From: Aquabacterium sp.
Lineage (GTDB): Bacteria; Pseudomonadota; Gammaproteobacteria; Burkholderiales; Burkholderiaceae_C
Reading direction: 5' to 3'
DNA: 64,000 nt
Assembly (NCBI RefSeq): GCF_044226965.1
Contig: NZ_JBGAGA010000021.1
Location: 21,044 to 85,043 of the forward strand
Made by a program: the position numbers and the translations under genes. The notes beneath the pieces were generated by a model. The model was not told where the DNA came from, searched no databases, and worked only from the letters and a program-made list of their open reading frames with translations. This document shows positions 11,551 to 21,290 of this stretch, piece by piece; within the stretch, counting starts at the first letter, position 1, and every line of letters begins with the position of its first letter.

Positions 11551-12045
11551 ATGACCCCCGAACGTTGGAAACCTGCAGTCACTGTCGCCGCGGTGATCAG
11601 CGACGGCCCGCGCTACCTGCTAGTGCAGGAGCACACGCCCGAGGGCCTGCGCCTCAACAACCCGGCCGGCCACCTGGAGCCCGGCGAATCGCCCTTCGAC
11701 GCGGTGATCCGCGAGGCGCTCGAGGAAACCGCGCGCCGCTTCGTGCCCGAGGCGCTGCTGGGCCTGTACCTCACCCGCTTCCAGCGCCCGGCCACCGGCG
11801 AGGACGTGACCTACCTGCGCATCGCCTACCGCGGCACGGTGGACGCGCCGCTGCCCGGGCGCGCGCTGGACGAGGGCATCGTCGGCACGCTGTGGCTCAG
11901 CGTCGACGAGATCCGCGCGCGGCAGGCCGAGCACCGCAGCCCGCTGGTGATGCGCTGCATAGACGACCATGCCGCCGGCCAGCGCTACCCGCTGGAGCTG
12001 ATCCAGGCGGATGCCGCGCTGCAGCACCCCTGGACACTGGCCTGA
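11551..12045 (+). CDS. NUDIX hydrolase
   Basis: The Nudix box is readable: [22 protein letters not shown]. The 164-aa size is typical. Confidence 0.9.
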   Translation: MTPERWKPAVTVAAVISDGPRYLLVQEHTPEGLRLNNPAGHLEPGESPFDAVIREALEETARRFVPEALLGLYLTRFQRPATGEDVTYLRIAYRGTVDAPLPGRALDEGIVGTLWLSVDEIRARQAEHRSPLVMRCIDDHAAGQRYPLELIQADAALQHPWTLA

Positions 12046-12057
12046 GCCCGCCCCGGC

Positions 12058-13029
12058 TCACTCGGGTTCGATCTTCGCGTCCTTCACCACCTTGCCCCAG
12101 CGCGGGGCTTCGGCCTTGATCAGCGCGGCGAACTGCTCGGGCGTGCCGCCGGCGATCTCGTTGCCCTGGGCCTGCATCGACGCGCGCAGTTCGGGATCCA
12201 GCAGCGCCTTGTTGCCGGCCGCATTGAGGATCTTCACCACCTCGGCCGGCAGGCCCTTCGGCCCGATGATGCCCTGCCAGTTCAGCACCTCGACGGCGGG
12301 GAAGCCGGCCTCGGCCATCGTCGGCACGTCGGGCAGCAGCGGCGAGCGGGTCTTGCTGGTGATGGCCAGCGCGCGCATGCGGCCGCCCTTGATCGACGGC
12401 ATCGCCGCATACATCTGCTCGAACATCATGTCCACCTGCCCGCCCATCAGGTCGGTGGCCGCCGCGCCGCCGCTCTTGTACGGGGCGTGGATCAGGTCGA
12501 TGCCGGCCGTGCTCTCGAGCAGCGCGCCGCTCAGGTGGTGCGTGCCGCCGATGCCGCCCGAGGCATAGCTCAGGCTGCCGGGCTTGGCCTTGGCCGCGGC
12601 CACGATCTCCTTCACCGACTTGAACGGCGAGTCGACCTTCACCGTCAGCACCAGCGGGCCGCGCTCGACCAGCATGATCGGCACCAGGTCGTTCAGGGGG
12701 TCGAACGGCAGCTTCTTGAACAGCGCGTGGTTCACCGCCAGCGGCGCGAAATTGCCCATGCCGATGGTGTAGCCGTCGGGCTTGGCCTTGGCGATCGCGT
12801 CGGTGCCGATGTTGCCGCCGCCGCCGGCCTTGTTCTCGACGATCACGTTCTGGCCCAGGCTCACCTGCATCAGCCGCGCCAGCTGGCGCGAGCGGTTGTC
12901 GGCGCCGCCGCCCGCGGCATACGGGCAGATCCAGGTGATCAGCTTGCTGGGGTACTTGTCCTGCGCCAGGGCAAGCTGCGGCAGCAGGCCGGCGCCCGCG
13001 GCGGCCGACAACAGGGAACGACGCTTCAT
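12058..13029 (-). CDS. Bug-family (tripartite tricarboxylate transporter) periplasmic substrate-binding protein
   Basis: Track ORF trimmed to ATG at 13029. It reads [48 protein letters not shown]..., the typical Bug N-terminus and size (323 aa). Confidence 0.9.
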   Translation of the reverse strand: MKRRSLLSAAAGAGLLPQLALAQDKYPSKLITWICPYAAGGGADNRSRQLARLMQVSLGQNVIVENKAGGGGNIGTDAIAKAKPDGYTIGMGNFAPLAVNHALFKKLPFDPLNDLVPIMLVERGPLVLTVKVDSPFKSVKEIVAAAKAKPGSLSYASGGIGGTHHLSGALLESTAGIDLIHAPYKSGGAAATDLMGGQVDMMFEQMYAAMPSIKGGRMRALAITSKTRSPLLPDVPTMAEAGFPAVEVLNWQGIIGPKGLPAEVVKILNAAGNKALLDPELRASMQAQGNEIAGGTPEQFAALIKAEAPRWGKVVKDAKIEPE

Positions 13030-13105
13030 GGCTGGAATCCCGGAGTTTTTCCGGGCCTTATTAGAAGCGGGTTCGGGCAACCGCCGCGTCGGGATAATCG
13101 CCACC

Positions 13106-14227
13106 ATGTCCCGAACGCCTGCGCAACGTGTCGTCGTCGGCCTGTCCGGCGGTGTCGACTCGGCCGTCACCGCCTGGCTGCTCAAGCAGCAGGGGCACGA
13201 GGTCGTCGGCATCTTCATGAAGAACTGGGAAGACGACGACGACAGCGAATACTGCTCGTCGAACATCGACTTCGTCGACGCCGCCGCGGTGGCCGACGTG
13301 ATCGGCATCCCGATCGAGCATGTGAACTTCGCGGCCGAGTACAAGGACCGCGTGTTCGCCGAGTTCCTGCGCGAATACCAGGCCGGCCGCACGCCCAACC
13401 CGGACGTGCTGTGCAATGCCGAGATCAAGTTCAAGGCCTTCCTCGACCACGCGATGCGGCTGGGCGCCGAGTGCATCGCCACCGGCCACTACGCCCGCGT
13501 GCGCTGGCACGAGGGGCTGCGCCAGCACCAGCTGCTCAAGGGCCTGGACCCGGCCAAGGACCAGAGCTACTTCCTGCACCGGCTGACGCAGGCGCAGCTG
13601 GCGAAGACGCTGTTCCCTGTGGGCGAGCTGAAGAAGACCGAGGTGCGCCGCATCGCCGCCGAGGCCGGGCTGCCGAACGCGAAGAAGAAGGACTCCACCG
13701 GCATCTGCTTCATCGGCGAGCGGCCGTTCCGCGAGTTCCTCAACCGCTACCTGAGCCATGCGCCGGGCCCGATCGAGGACGAGCGCGGCCGCGTGCTGGG
13801 TCGGCACGTGGGCCTGAGCTTCTACACGCTGGGCCAGCGCCAGGGGCTGGGCATCGGCGGCGTGAAAGACAAGGGCGCGCCGCGCGGCGGCGGTGAACAC
13901 GCGCCGTGGTTCGTCGCCCGCAAGGACCTGGCGCGCAATGCGCTGCTCGTGGTGCAGGGGCATGATCATCCGTGGCTGCAATCGGCTACGCTCACGGCCG
14001 ACACGACCAGCTGGGTCGCCGGCCATGCGCCGGCGCCGGGTGCCTATGCCGCCAAGACGCGCTACCGCCAGGCCGATGCCGCCTGCCGCTACGAAGATGC
14101 CCCCGGCGCCGCCGGCTTCGTGCTGCGCTTCGACGAGCCGCAGTGGGCCGTCACGCCCGGGCAGTCGGCCGTGGTCTACGACGGCGAGGTCTGCCTGGGC
14201 GGCGGCCTCATTGCCGGCGCGGCCTGA
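13106..14227 (+). CDS. mnmA: tRNA 2-thiouridine(34) synthase
   Basis: Track ORF 12782..14227 trimmed to ATG at 13106. It has the PP-loop [13 protein letters not shown] and then [18 protein letters not shown]...NPDVLCN.... Confidence 0.95.
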   Translation: MSRTPAQRVVVGLSGGVDSAVTAWLLKQQGHEVVGIFMKNWEDDDDSEYCSSNIDFVDAAAVADVIGIPIEHVNFAAEYKDRVFAEFLREYQAGRTPNPDVLCNAEIKFKAFLDHAMRLGAECIATGHYARVRWHEGLRQHQLLKGLDPAKDQSYFLHRLTQAQLAKTLFPVGELKKTEVRRIAAEAGLPNAKKKDSTGICFIGERPFREFLNRYLSHAPGPIEDERGRVLGRHVGLSFYTLGQRQGLGIGGVKDKGAPRGGGEHAPWFVARKDLARNALLVVQGHDHPWLQSATLTADTTSWVAGHAPAPGAYAAKTRYRQADAACRYEDAPGAAGFVLRFDEPQWAVTPGQSAVVYDGEVCLGGGLIAGAA

Positions 14228-15107
14228 GCGGCCCGCGCGACGCCGGGCGGCGGCGCTGCTGCTGGCCACCGCGCTGGGCGGCTGCGCCGTCTGGATGGAG
14301 GACGAACCGCCAGCGAACCCGCTGCCGCAGATGCTGCTGGGCCTGACGGCCGGCGGCGACCTGGTGCGCTTTGCCGCGCATCAACCGCAGCAGCTGCTCG
14401 AGCGCAAGCCGGTGATCGGCCTGCAGCCCGGCGAGCAGTTGCTGGGCCTGGACTACCGCGTCTCGCGCGGCGTGCTGTACACCTTCTCGTCGCGCGGCCA
14501 GCTCTACACGCTCGATCCGGCCAGCGGCCAGCTCGCGGCCGTGGGCGGACCGGTCGCGCTGCCGCTGGTTGGCCAGCAGTTCGGCGTGGATGTGAATCCG
14601 GTGGCCGACCGTGTCCGTATCGTCAGCGACCGAGGGCAGAACCTGCGGCTGCATCCCGACAGCGGCGAGATGATCGACGGCGACCCCCTGCGCGCAGGCG
14701 CACAACCCGACCCCGACCTGCAGTTCGCGCCCGGCGACGCGAACGCCGGCCGCACGCCGCGCGTGGTGGCCGCGGCCTACACCTACAACAGGCGCGACGA
14801 CAAGCTCACCACCAACTACGCGATCGACGCCGGCCTGGGCGCGCTGCTCACGCAGGGCACGGCCGAAGGGGTGCAGCCGGCGGTGTCGCCCAACAGCGGA
14901 CGGCTGTACACCGTCGGCGCCCTGGGCACCGGACCGCTGCAGGACGCCTCGTTCGACATCGCCGACACCGACAACACCGCGCTGGCCGCGCTGCGCAGCG
15001 CCGGCCGCACGCGGCTGTACCGCATCGACCTGGCCAGCGGCCAGGCCATCCTGCTCGGCACCATCGGCGGCGGCCAGCCGCTGCAGGGGCTGGCGATCAT
15101 TCCCTGA
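14211..15107 (+). CDS. DUF4394-like lipoprotein
   Basis: [11 protein letters not shown]...[33 protein letters not shown]...[30 protein letters not shown] matches my memory of DUF4394. A lipobox, [10 protein letters not shown], sits upstream of the first ATG (14294). I therefore propose a TTG start at 14211, overlapping the mnmA end. The start is uncertain. Confidence 0.7.
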   Translation: MPARPERPARRRAAALLLATALGGCAVWMEDEPPANPLPQMLLGLTAGGDLVRFAAHQPQQLLERKPVIGLQPGEQLLGLDYRVSRGVLYTFSSRGQLYTLDPASGQLAAVGGPVALPLVGQQFGVDVNPVADRVRIVSDRGQNLRLHPDSGEMIDGDPLRAGAQPDPDLQFAPGDANAGRTPRVVAAAYTYNRRDDKLTTNYAIDAGLGALLTQGTAEGVQPAVSPNSGRLYTVGALGTGPLQDASFDIADTDNTALAALRSAGRTRLYRIDLASGQAILLGTIGGGQPLQGLAIIP

Positions 15108-15118
15108 GCCTCGACGCC

Positions 15119-15760
15119 GTGACCATGGCCATCTCTTTCGTGCGTTATCCATCTTGGCCGCGGCAGGCTGCCGCGCTGCTGCTCGCCACCGCGGCGCTGC
15201 CGCCGCTGGCGGTCGCCGCGCCGCTGGAGGTCACGGTGACCGACGGCGCCGGCAAGCCGCTGGCCAATGCGGTGGTGTATGCCGAATCGCCACAGGCCCG
15301 CGCGGCGGTCAAGCCGGCCACCGGCATCGAGATCGCCCAGCAGGGCAAGCAGTTCGTGCCGCAGGTCAGCATCGTGCCGGTGGGCAGCGCGGTGAATTTT
15401 CCTAACCGCGATACGGTGCGTCACCACGTCTACTCGTTCTCGCCGGTCAAGCCCTTCGAGATCAAGCTCTACGTCGGCACGCCGGCCAGCCCGGTGGTGT
15501 TCGACAAGCCCGGCATCGCCGTGCTCGGCTGCAACATCCACGACAACATGGTGGCCTGGGTGGTGGTGGTCGACACGCCCTACTACGGCCAGACCGGCGC
15601 CGATGGCAAGCTGACGCTGCCGAACCTGCCGCCCGGCAGCTATGCGCTGCACACCTGGCATGCCAGCCTGCCCACCGGCAGCCCGCCGCTGGAACAGCCG
15701 CTGACCGTGGGCGCCACGCCGGTGCAGGCCAGCGTGCGGCTGGCCGCGGCCAGGCCCTGA
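15119..15760 (+). CDS. periplasmic cupredoxin/carboxypeptidase-regulatory-like protein (often annotated 'methylamine utilization protein')
   Basis: The signal peptide is ...[19 protein letters not shown]. It continues LEVTVTDGAGKPLANAVVY...VGSAVNFPNRDTVRHHVYSFS...CNIHDNMVAWVVVVDTP...GKLTLPNLPPGSY. It starts 11 nt after the preceding gene and ends 31 nt before the next. Confidence 0.75.
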   Translation: MTMAISFVRYPSWPRQAAALLLATAALPPLAVAAPLEVTVTDGAGKPLANAVVYAESPQARAAVKPATGIEIAQQGKQFVPQVSIVPVGSAVNFPNRDTVRHHVYSFSPVKPFEIKLYVGTPASPVVFDKPGIAVLGCNIHDNMVAWVVVVDTPYYGQTGADGKLTLPNLPPGSYALHTWHASLPTGSPPLEQPLTVGATPVQASVRLAAARP

Positions 15761-15791
15761 AGCCGGCTCGCCGCGCACGGACACCCCGGCC

Positions 15792-18140
15792 ATGCCGAGC
15801 AAGACCCCCTGGTGGCGCTTCGACGCCTGGCGGCTGTCCAGCCGCATGGCGCTGCTGTCGCTGCTGCTGCTGCTGCTGGTGCAGGCCGCCGGCTTCGCGG
15901 TCATCGGCACCAGCATCCAGCGCAATGCGCGCGCGCAGCTGGCCGAGCAGCTGGCGGTGGGCGAGCGCATCTGGGGCCGGCTGCTCGACCAGCGCGCGGC
16001 CAAGCTGACGCAGGGCGCCACCGTGCTGGCCGCCGACTACGCCTTCCGCGAGGCGGTGGGCACGCACGACAACCCGACCATCGTCTCGGCGCTGGACAAC
16101 CACGGCGCGCGCATCGACGCCGCGGTGGCCGCCTTCCTCGACACCCAGCAGCGGCTGGTGGCCACCGCGGACGGCAGCGACGTGGCGCTGCAGCCGGTGC
16201 TGGCCCTGCTGGCGCCGCGCCTGGCCCAGCGCGGCAGTGCGGTGGCGGCGGTGGGGCAGCGGCCGTTCCAGTTCGTGATGGTCCCGATGAAGGCGCCGCT
16301 GCTGGTGGGCTACGTGCTGATGGGCTTTGCGCTCGACGCCTCGCTGGCCGAGGACATGCACGCGGTGAGCGGCCTGGACGCCACGCTGGTGCTGCAGCCC
16401 GCGGGTGCCGAGCCCCGCGTGCTGCTGAGCAGCCTGAAGTCGCCGCAGGCGCTGGCCCAGGTGCCCGCCGACGGCGAGCTGCTGATCGACGGCGCGCCGC
16501 ACCTGGTGCGCAGCATCCCGCTCAGCGGCGACGGGCCGCAGCCCATCGTCGCGCGGCTGTCGGGCTCGCTGGCACGCGCGGTCGCGCCCTACCGCAGCCT
16601 GCAGCTGGTGCTGGGCGGGTTGACGCTGCTGGGGCTGCTGCTGTTCGGCCTGGGCAGCATCTGGACGGCGCGCCGCGTGACGCAGCCGCTGCGCTCGCTG
16701 GCACGCGCCAGCGAACGCCTGGGCCGCGGCGACTACGACGCGCCGCTGGAACACACGCAGCGCCGCGACGAGATCGGCGAGCTGGCCAAGGCCTTCGACC
16801 ACATGCGCGTGAACATCGCCGCCCAGCAGGGCGAGATCCGCCTGCTGGCCTACTGGGACCGCCTCACCGGACTGCCGAACCGGGTGCAGTTCCGCGATTC
16901 GGTGCGCGCCGCGATCGGCCGCGCGAACTCCGCGCGCGACCACCTGGCGGTGCTGATGCTGGACCTGGACCGCTTCAAGAACGTCAACGACGCGCTGGGG
17001 TACGCCAGCGGCGACAGCCTGCTCAAGGGCGTGGCCGCGCGGCTGCAGCAGGCGCTGCGGCCGGGCGACCTGCTGGCCCGCCTGGGCGGCGACGAATTCG
17101 CGCTGCTGATGATGGGCGCCGATGCGCGCGCCGCCGCGGCCTGGGCCGAGCAGCTGATGCTGGCCTTCGAGAAGCCGCTGACGCTGGACGACCAGGCGGT
17201 GGACCTGTCGGCCGGCATCGGCATTGCGTGCTGGCCCGAACATGCCAACGATGCCGATGCGCTGCTCAGCCGCGCCGAGGTGGCGATGTACGCGGCCAAG
17301 GCGCACACCGGCGGCGCGCGCGTGTACGACCCGGCGATCGACACCGCCAGCGCGCAGACGCTGTCGCTGCTGAGCGAGCTGCGCCACGCGCTCGAGCATG
17401 GCGAGCTGCGGCTGTACCTGCAGCCCAAGATCGCGCTGGCCAGCGGCCGCGCCAGCGGCGCCGAGGCGCTGGTGCGCTGGCAGCATCCGCAGCGCGGCCT
17501 GGTGCCGCCGATGCAGTTCATTCCCTTCGCCGAGCAGACCGGCTTCATCCGCCGCATCACGCTGTGGATCTTCGAGGAAACGGCGCGCCACCAGGTGTCG
17601 CTGCGGCTGCTGGGCGTCGAGCGCATCTCGGTCAACCTGTCGACGCGCGACCTGCTGGACCACGAGCTGCCCGACAAGCTCGACGAGCTGCTGGCGCGGC
17701 ACGACGCCCAGGCCGCCGGCTTCTGCCTCGAGATCACCGAGAGCGCGATCATGGACGACCCGCAGCGCGCCGAGGCCACCTTGAACCGCCTGGCCGAGCG
17801 CGGATTCAAGCTCTCGATCGACGACTACGGCACCGGCTACTCGTCACTGGCCTACCTGCAGCGCCTGCCGGTCGACGAGCTGAAGATCGACAAGGCCTTC
17901 GTGATGGCGATGCCGGGCGACGCCGGCGCCGCGACCATCGTGCGCTCGACCATCGACCTGGCGCACAACCTCGGCCTCACCGTGGTGGCCGAGGGGGTGG
18001 AGAACAGCGGCATCCTCGAGCAGCTGCGCCACCTGCACTGCGACGACGCGCAGGGCTATCACATGAGCAAGCCGCTGCCGGTGGGCGAGTTCACCGCGTG
18101 GATGGCGCAGTGGCCGACGAACCGGCCCGCAGGGCCGTAG
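15792..18140 (+). CDS. membrane sensor GGDEF-EAL protein (diguanylate cyclase/phosphodiesterase) with periplasmic domain and HAMP
   Basis: It has TM1 and a ~260-aa periplasmic region, then TM2 and a HAMP-like stretch (RRVTQPLRSLARASERLGRGDYD). The GGDEF motif is RLGGDEFALL with an upstream RPGD I-site. The EAL domain reads EALVRWQHP...DDYGTGYSSL. Confidence 0.9.
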   Translation: MPSKTPWWRFDAWRLSSRMALLSLLLLLLVQAAGFAVIGTSIQRNARAQLAEQLAVGERIWGRLLDQRAAKLTQGATVLAADYAFREAVGTHDNPTIVSALDNHGARIDAAVAAFLDTQQRLVATADGSDVALQPVLALLAPRLAQRGSAVAAVGQRPFQFVMVPMKAPLLVGYVLMGFALDASLAEDMHAVSGLDATLVLQPAGAEPRVLLSSLKSPQALAQVPADGELLIDGAPHLVRSIPLSGDGPQPIVARLSGSLARAVAPYRSLQLVLGGLTLLGLLLFGLGSIWTARRVTQPLRSLARASERLGRGDYDAPLEHTQRRDEIGELAKAFDHMRVNIAAQQGEIRLLAYWDRLTGLPNRVQFRDSVRAAIGRANSARDHLAVLMLDLDRFKNVNDALGYASGDSLLKGVAARLQQALRPGDLLARLGGDEFALLMMGADARAAAAWAEQLMLAFEKPLTLDDQAVDLSAGIGIACWPEHANDADALLSRAEVAMYAAKAHTGGARVYDPAIDTASAQTLSLLSELRHALEHGELRLYLQPKIALASGRASGAEALVRWQHPQRGLVPPMQFIPFAEQTGFIRRITLWIFEETARHQVSLRLLGVERISVNLSTRDLLDHELPDKLDELLARHDAQAAGFCLEITESAIMDDPQRAEATLNRLAERGFKLSIDDYGTGYSSLAYLQRLPVDELKIDKAFVMAMPGDAGAATIVRSTIDLAHNLGLTVVAEGVENSGILEQLRHLHCDDAQGYHMSKPLPVGEFTAWMAQWPTNRPAGP

Positions 18141-18147
18141 GGGCCCG

Positions 18148-19155
18148 TCAGTCCACCTTCGCGCCCGAGGCCTTCACCACCTTGGCCCATTTCGCGGTCT
18201 CGGCCGCGATCAGCTTCGCGAATTCGGCCGGCGTGTTGCCGCTGGGGATGGCGCCTTGCGACTGCAGCCGCTCCTTCAGCGCCGCGGTGCCCAGCGCCTT
18301 GGCGGTTTCCTGCTGCACGCGCTGGACGATGTCGTTGGGCGTGCCGGCGGGCGCCAGCAGGCCGAACCAGGAACTGGCCTCGTAGCCCTTCAGCGCCTTC
18401 CCGCCGGCTTCCTCCACCGTCGGCAGCTCCGGCAATGCGGCCGAGCGGGTGGCGCTGGTGACAGCCAGTGGCTTGAGCTTGCCGCTCTTGATGTGCGGCA
18501 TGGCCGAGGGCAGGTTGTCGAACATCAGGTCCATGCTGCCGCCCATCAGGTCGATCAGCGCCGGACCCGAGCCGCGGTAGGGCACGTGGACCATGAAGGT
18601 GCCGGTCATGGTCTTGAACAGTTCGCCGGCCAGGTGGATGGAGGTGCCGTTGCCCGAGCTGGCCATGTTGAACTTGCCCGGGTTGGCCCGCGCCGCCTTG
18701 GCCAGGTCCTCGACCGTGTTCAGGTTGTACTTCTGCGCGAAGGCCGGGTTCACCACCAGCACGTTGGGCACACCCGCCACCAGCGTGACCGGCGCGAAGT
18801 CCTTGACGTGGTCGTAGGGCATCTTCGGGTACAGCGCCGGATTGATCGCGTGCGTGCCCACCGTGCCCATCAGCAGCGTGTAGCCATCCGGCGCCGACTT
18901 GGCGACCTCGGCCGCACCGGTGTTGCCGCCGCCACCGGGCTTGTTGTCGACGACGAAGGGCTGGCCGAAGGCCTTCTGCAGCTCGGGCGCCAGCGCCCGC
19001 GCCAGGATGTCGGTGGTGCCGCCGGCCGCGAAGGGCACGACGATGCGCACCGGCTTCGTCGGCCACGCCGATTGCGCCTGCGCCAGCAGCGGGCTGGCCA
19101 GGCCCAGCGCCAGCAGGCGGACAAGGTGGCGGCGTGTCTTGCTCGAGTCGTTCAT
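18148..19155 (-). CDS. Bug-family periplasmic substrate-binding protein
   Basis: Track ORF 18148..19908 trimmed to ATG at 19155, which is preceded by GGAGA. It reads [53 protein letters not shown].... The start lies 14 nt after the stop of the upstream GGDEF gene. Confidence 0.9.
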   Translation of the reverse strand: MNDSSKTRRHLVRLLALGLASPLLAQAQSAWPTKPVRIVVPFAAGGTTDILARALAPELQKAFGQPFVVDNKPGGGGNTGAAEVAKSAPDGYTLLMGTVGTHAINPALYPKMPYDHVKDFAPVTLVAGVPNVLVVNPAFAQKYNLNTVEDLAKAARANPGKFNMASSGNGTSIHLAGELFKTMTGTFMVHVPYRGSGPALIDLMGGSMDLMFDNLPSAMPHIKSGKLKPLAVTSATRSAALPELPTVEEAGGKALKGYEASSWFGLLAPAGTPNDIVQRVQQETAKALGTAALKERLQSQGAIPSGNTPAEFAKLIAAETAKWAKVVKASGAKVD

Positions 19156-19169
19156 GGTGTCTCCGTGTG

Positions 19170-21290
19170 TCATGGTCCGGGGTCGATGCGCAGCACCACG
19201 CGGCCTTCGCGCCAGGCGCGCTCGAAATCGCTTTCCAGTGCGCGCAGGCCGGCGGCGTCTGCGGCGTCGGCGCGCACGATGCCCACCGCGCGGTTGCGGC
19301 CCTGGCTCTTGGCAGTGTAGAGCGCCATGTCCACCAGGTTCAGCGCCTGCTCGGGGCTCAGGGCCACGCGGTGCGGCGGCAGCGGGAACACCGCATGGCC
19401 GATCGAGACGGCCACGCGCAGCGGCGTGCCGCCGGGCAGCGCCACCGGCGTGCCGGCCACCACCTGCAGCAGGCGCTGCGCCAGCACCTCGGCATCGTCG
19501 CGCTGCAGGCCGGGCGCGAACACCAGGAACTCCTCGCCGCCCCAGCGCGCCACGGTGTCCCGGCCGCGCACCGCGCCGGCGATGCGGCGCGCCACCTCCA
19601 CCAGCACCGCGTCGCCGGCGGCATGGCCGTGGTCGTCGTTGATGTGCTTGAAATGGTCGATGTCGATCATCAGCAGCGCGCCGACGAATCCCCCGGCCAG
19701 CGCGCCTTCGTCCGGCGCGGCCACCGCGCCCTGCAGCACCGACTGGAAGTGGCGCCGGTTGGCCAGCCCGGTCAGTGCGTCGCGCTCGCTCTGCACGCGC
19801 AGCCGCGCGCGGCTGCGTTCGAGGCGGCGGTTGGTCTGGCGCACGCGGCGCAGCAGCAGCAGCATCAGGCTGGTCGCCAGCAGCAGCACGCCGGCGCCCA
19901 GCGCCCACAGCTTGCGCTGCAGGCCCTGGTTGGCGAGCTCGGCGCTCTTGAGCGCGTTGTCACGCTCCAATTGGACGATATGACGCTGCTGCGCCTCGCG
20001 GTCATAACGCGTGCGCAGCTCGGCCAGCGCGGCGTCGCGGTTGGCCAGCATCAGCTCCTGCGAGAGCTTGCGTTCGCGGTGGTGGATTTCCAGCGCCGCC
20101 TTCAGTTCGCCGGCAGCGGCCAGTGCGTCGCCGTATTCGCGCAGCGTGGTGACCTGCATGCCGGTGATGCCTTCGGCGCCCCAGGCGGTCTGCAGCGCCT
20201 CGAAGTCCTGGCGCGCCTCGGCCTGGCGGCCCAGCGCCACGCGGGCCAGCACCGCGTTGCTCTGCAGGATGCGCTCCAGCCGCGTCAGCTTCAGCGGCTG
20301 GGCGATCGCCAGGCCCTGCTGCGCCATGCGCAGGGCCTCGGCGGCGTGGCCGACGCGCACCGCACGGTCGCTCAGGTTCAGCAGCGCCTGCGCTTCCAGC
20401 CGCGGCGCATGCGCCTGGCGCGCCAGCGCCAGCGCGCGCTGCAGCGCCACCTGCGCGGCGTCGGGGTCGCCCCGGTCGCTGGCCAGCGTGGCTTCGGTGA
20501 AGAGCAGCCGCGCGTCGAGCCACACGTCCTCGTGCCGCTCGGCCAGCAGGTGCGCGCGCGCCAGGTGCCGCTGCGCCCGCACCTCGTCGCGCTCGGCATT
20601 GGCCACCAGCGCCAGCTCGGTCTCGGTCCAGGCCTGGCGCCAGCTGTCGCCGGCCGCGGTGCTGAGGGCCAGCGCGGCCTGGCACTGGCTGCGCGCCGCG
20701 GCGGTGGCGTGCTGGCGCCGCGCCTGGTTGGCCAGCAGCTGCAGCAGGCGCCAGCGGCGCCGGTATTCGCAGGGGCCGGGAGCCGCCGGCAGGCCCGCGG
20801 CGCCGGAGGCGCCTGAGGCGGCCACGGCGGCCGCATCGGACGCCGCGCCCGCCGGCAGCGGCTGCGCCTTGCACCAGGCCTCGTAGCCGGCCAGCGCACG
20901 CTGCGCGGTGGCGGGAATGCCGGCGCCGTCCTCGCGCTCGCCGCGCAGCGCGGTCAGGTAGGCCTCGTCGGCCTCGGCCAGGCCGGCGTCCACCGCGCGG
21001 GAAGCCCGCACCGCCTGCGTCAGCGTGCCGGCGGACCACGCGGCATCGCCGCCGCGGGCACCGATCTCGGCGCGCGCCATGGCCCACAGGCGCTGATCGG
21101 CCGCGCTGGGGCCGGGCGGCAGCGCGTCGAGCTGCTTCATCACCTGGTCGAGGTGGTCTTCGCCTTCGCGCACCAGCACGTCGTAGACCGCGTCGGGGCC
21201 GCCGGCCGGCGCGGGCTCGGTCGGCGGCGCCGCGCCGGCCGTGGCGGCCAGCACCAGCAGCAGGGCCACCCGCAGCGCGGCTCCCTTCAC
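19170..21290 (-). CDS. diguanylate cyclase with signal peptide, periplasmic TPR-like region, one TM and a GGDEF domain (paralog A)
   Basis: GTG start at 21290 ([20 protein letters not shown]). It has a long helical-repeat region, a TM ([20 protein letters not shown]) and [10 protein letters not shown] with an RGRD I-site 5 residues upstream. Confidence 0.85.
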   Translation of the reverse strand: MKGAALRVALLLVLAATAGAAPPTEPAPAGGPDAVYDVLVREGEDHLDQVMKQLDALPPGPSAADQRLWAMARAEIGARGGDAAWSAGTLTQAVRASRAVDAGLAEADEAYLTALRGEREDGAGIPATAQRALAGYEAWCKAQPLPAGAASDAAAVAASGASGAAGLPAAPGPCEYRRRWRLLQLLANQARRQHATAAARSQCQAALALSTAAGDSWRQAWTETELALVANAERDEVRAQRHLARAHLLAERHEDVWLDARLLFTEATLASDRGDPDAAQVALQRALALARQAHAPRLEAQALLNLSDRAVRVGHAAEALRMAQQGLAIAQPLKLTRLERILQSNAVLARVALGRQAEARQDFEALQTAWGAEGITGMQVTTLREYGDALAAAGELKAALEIHHRERKLSQELMLANRDAALAELRTRYDREAQQRHIVQLERDNALKSAELANQGLQRKLWALGAGVLLLATSLMLLLLRRVRQTNRRLERSRARLRVQSERDALTGLANRRHFQSVLQGAVAAPDEGALAGGFVGALLMIDIDHFKHINDDHGHAAGDAVLVEVARRIAGAVRGRDTVARWGGEEFLVFAPGLQRDDAEVLAQRLLQVVAGTPVALPGGTPLRVAVSIGHAVFPLPPHRVALSPEQALNLVDMALYTAKSQGRNRAVGIVRADAADAAGLRALESDFERAWREGRVVLRIDPGP

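Noticed and set aside
13039-13055. The hairpin CCCGGA-gtttt-TCCGGG in the Bug/mnmA divergent promoter region.
   Set aside because: The stem is 6 bp and it sits between two divergent starts, so it cannot be a terminator for either gene. No supporting context for a regulatory role.
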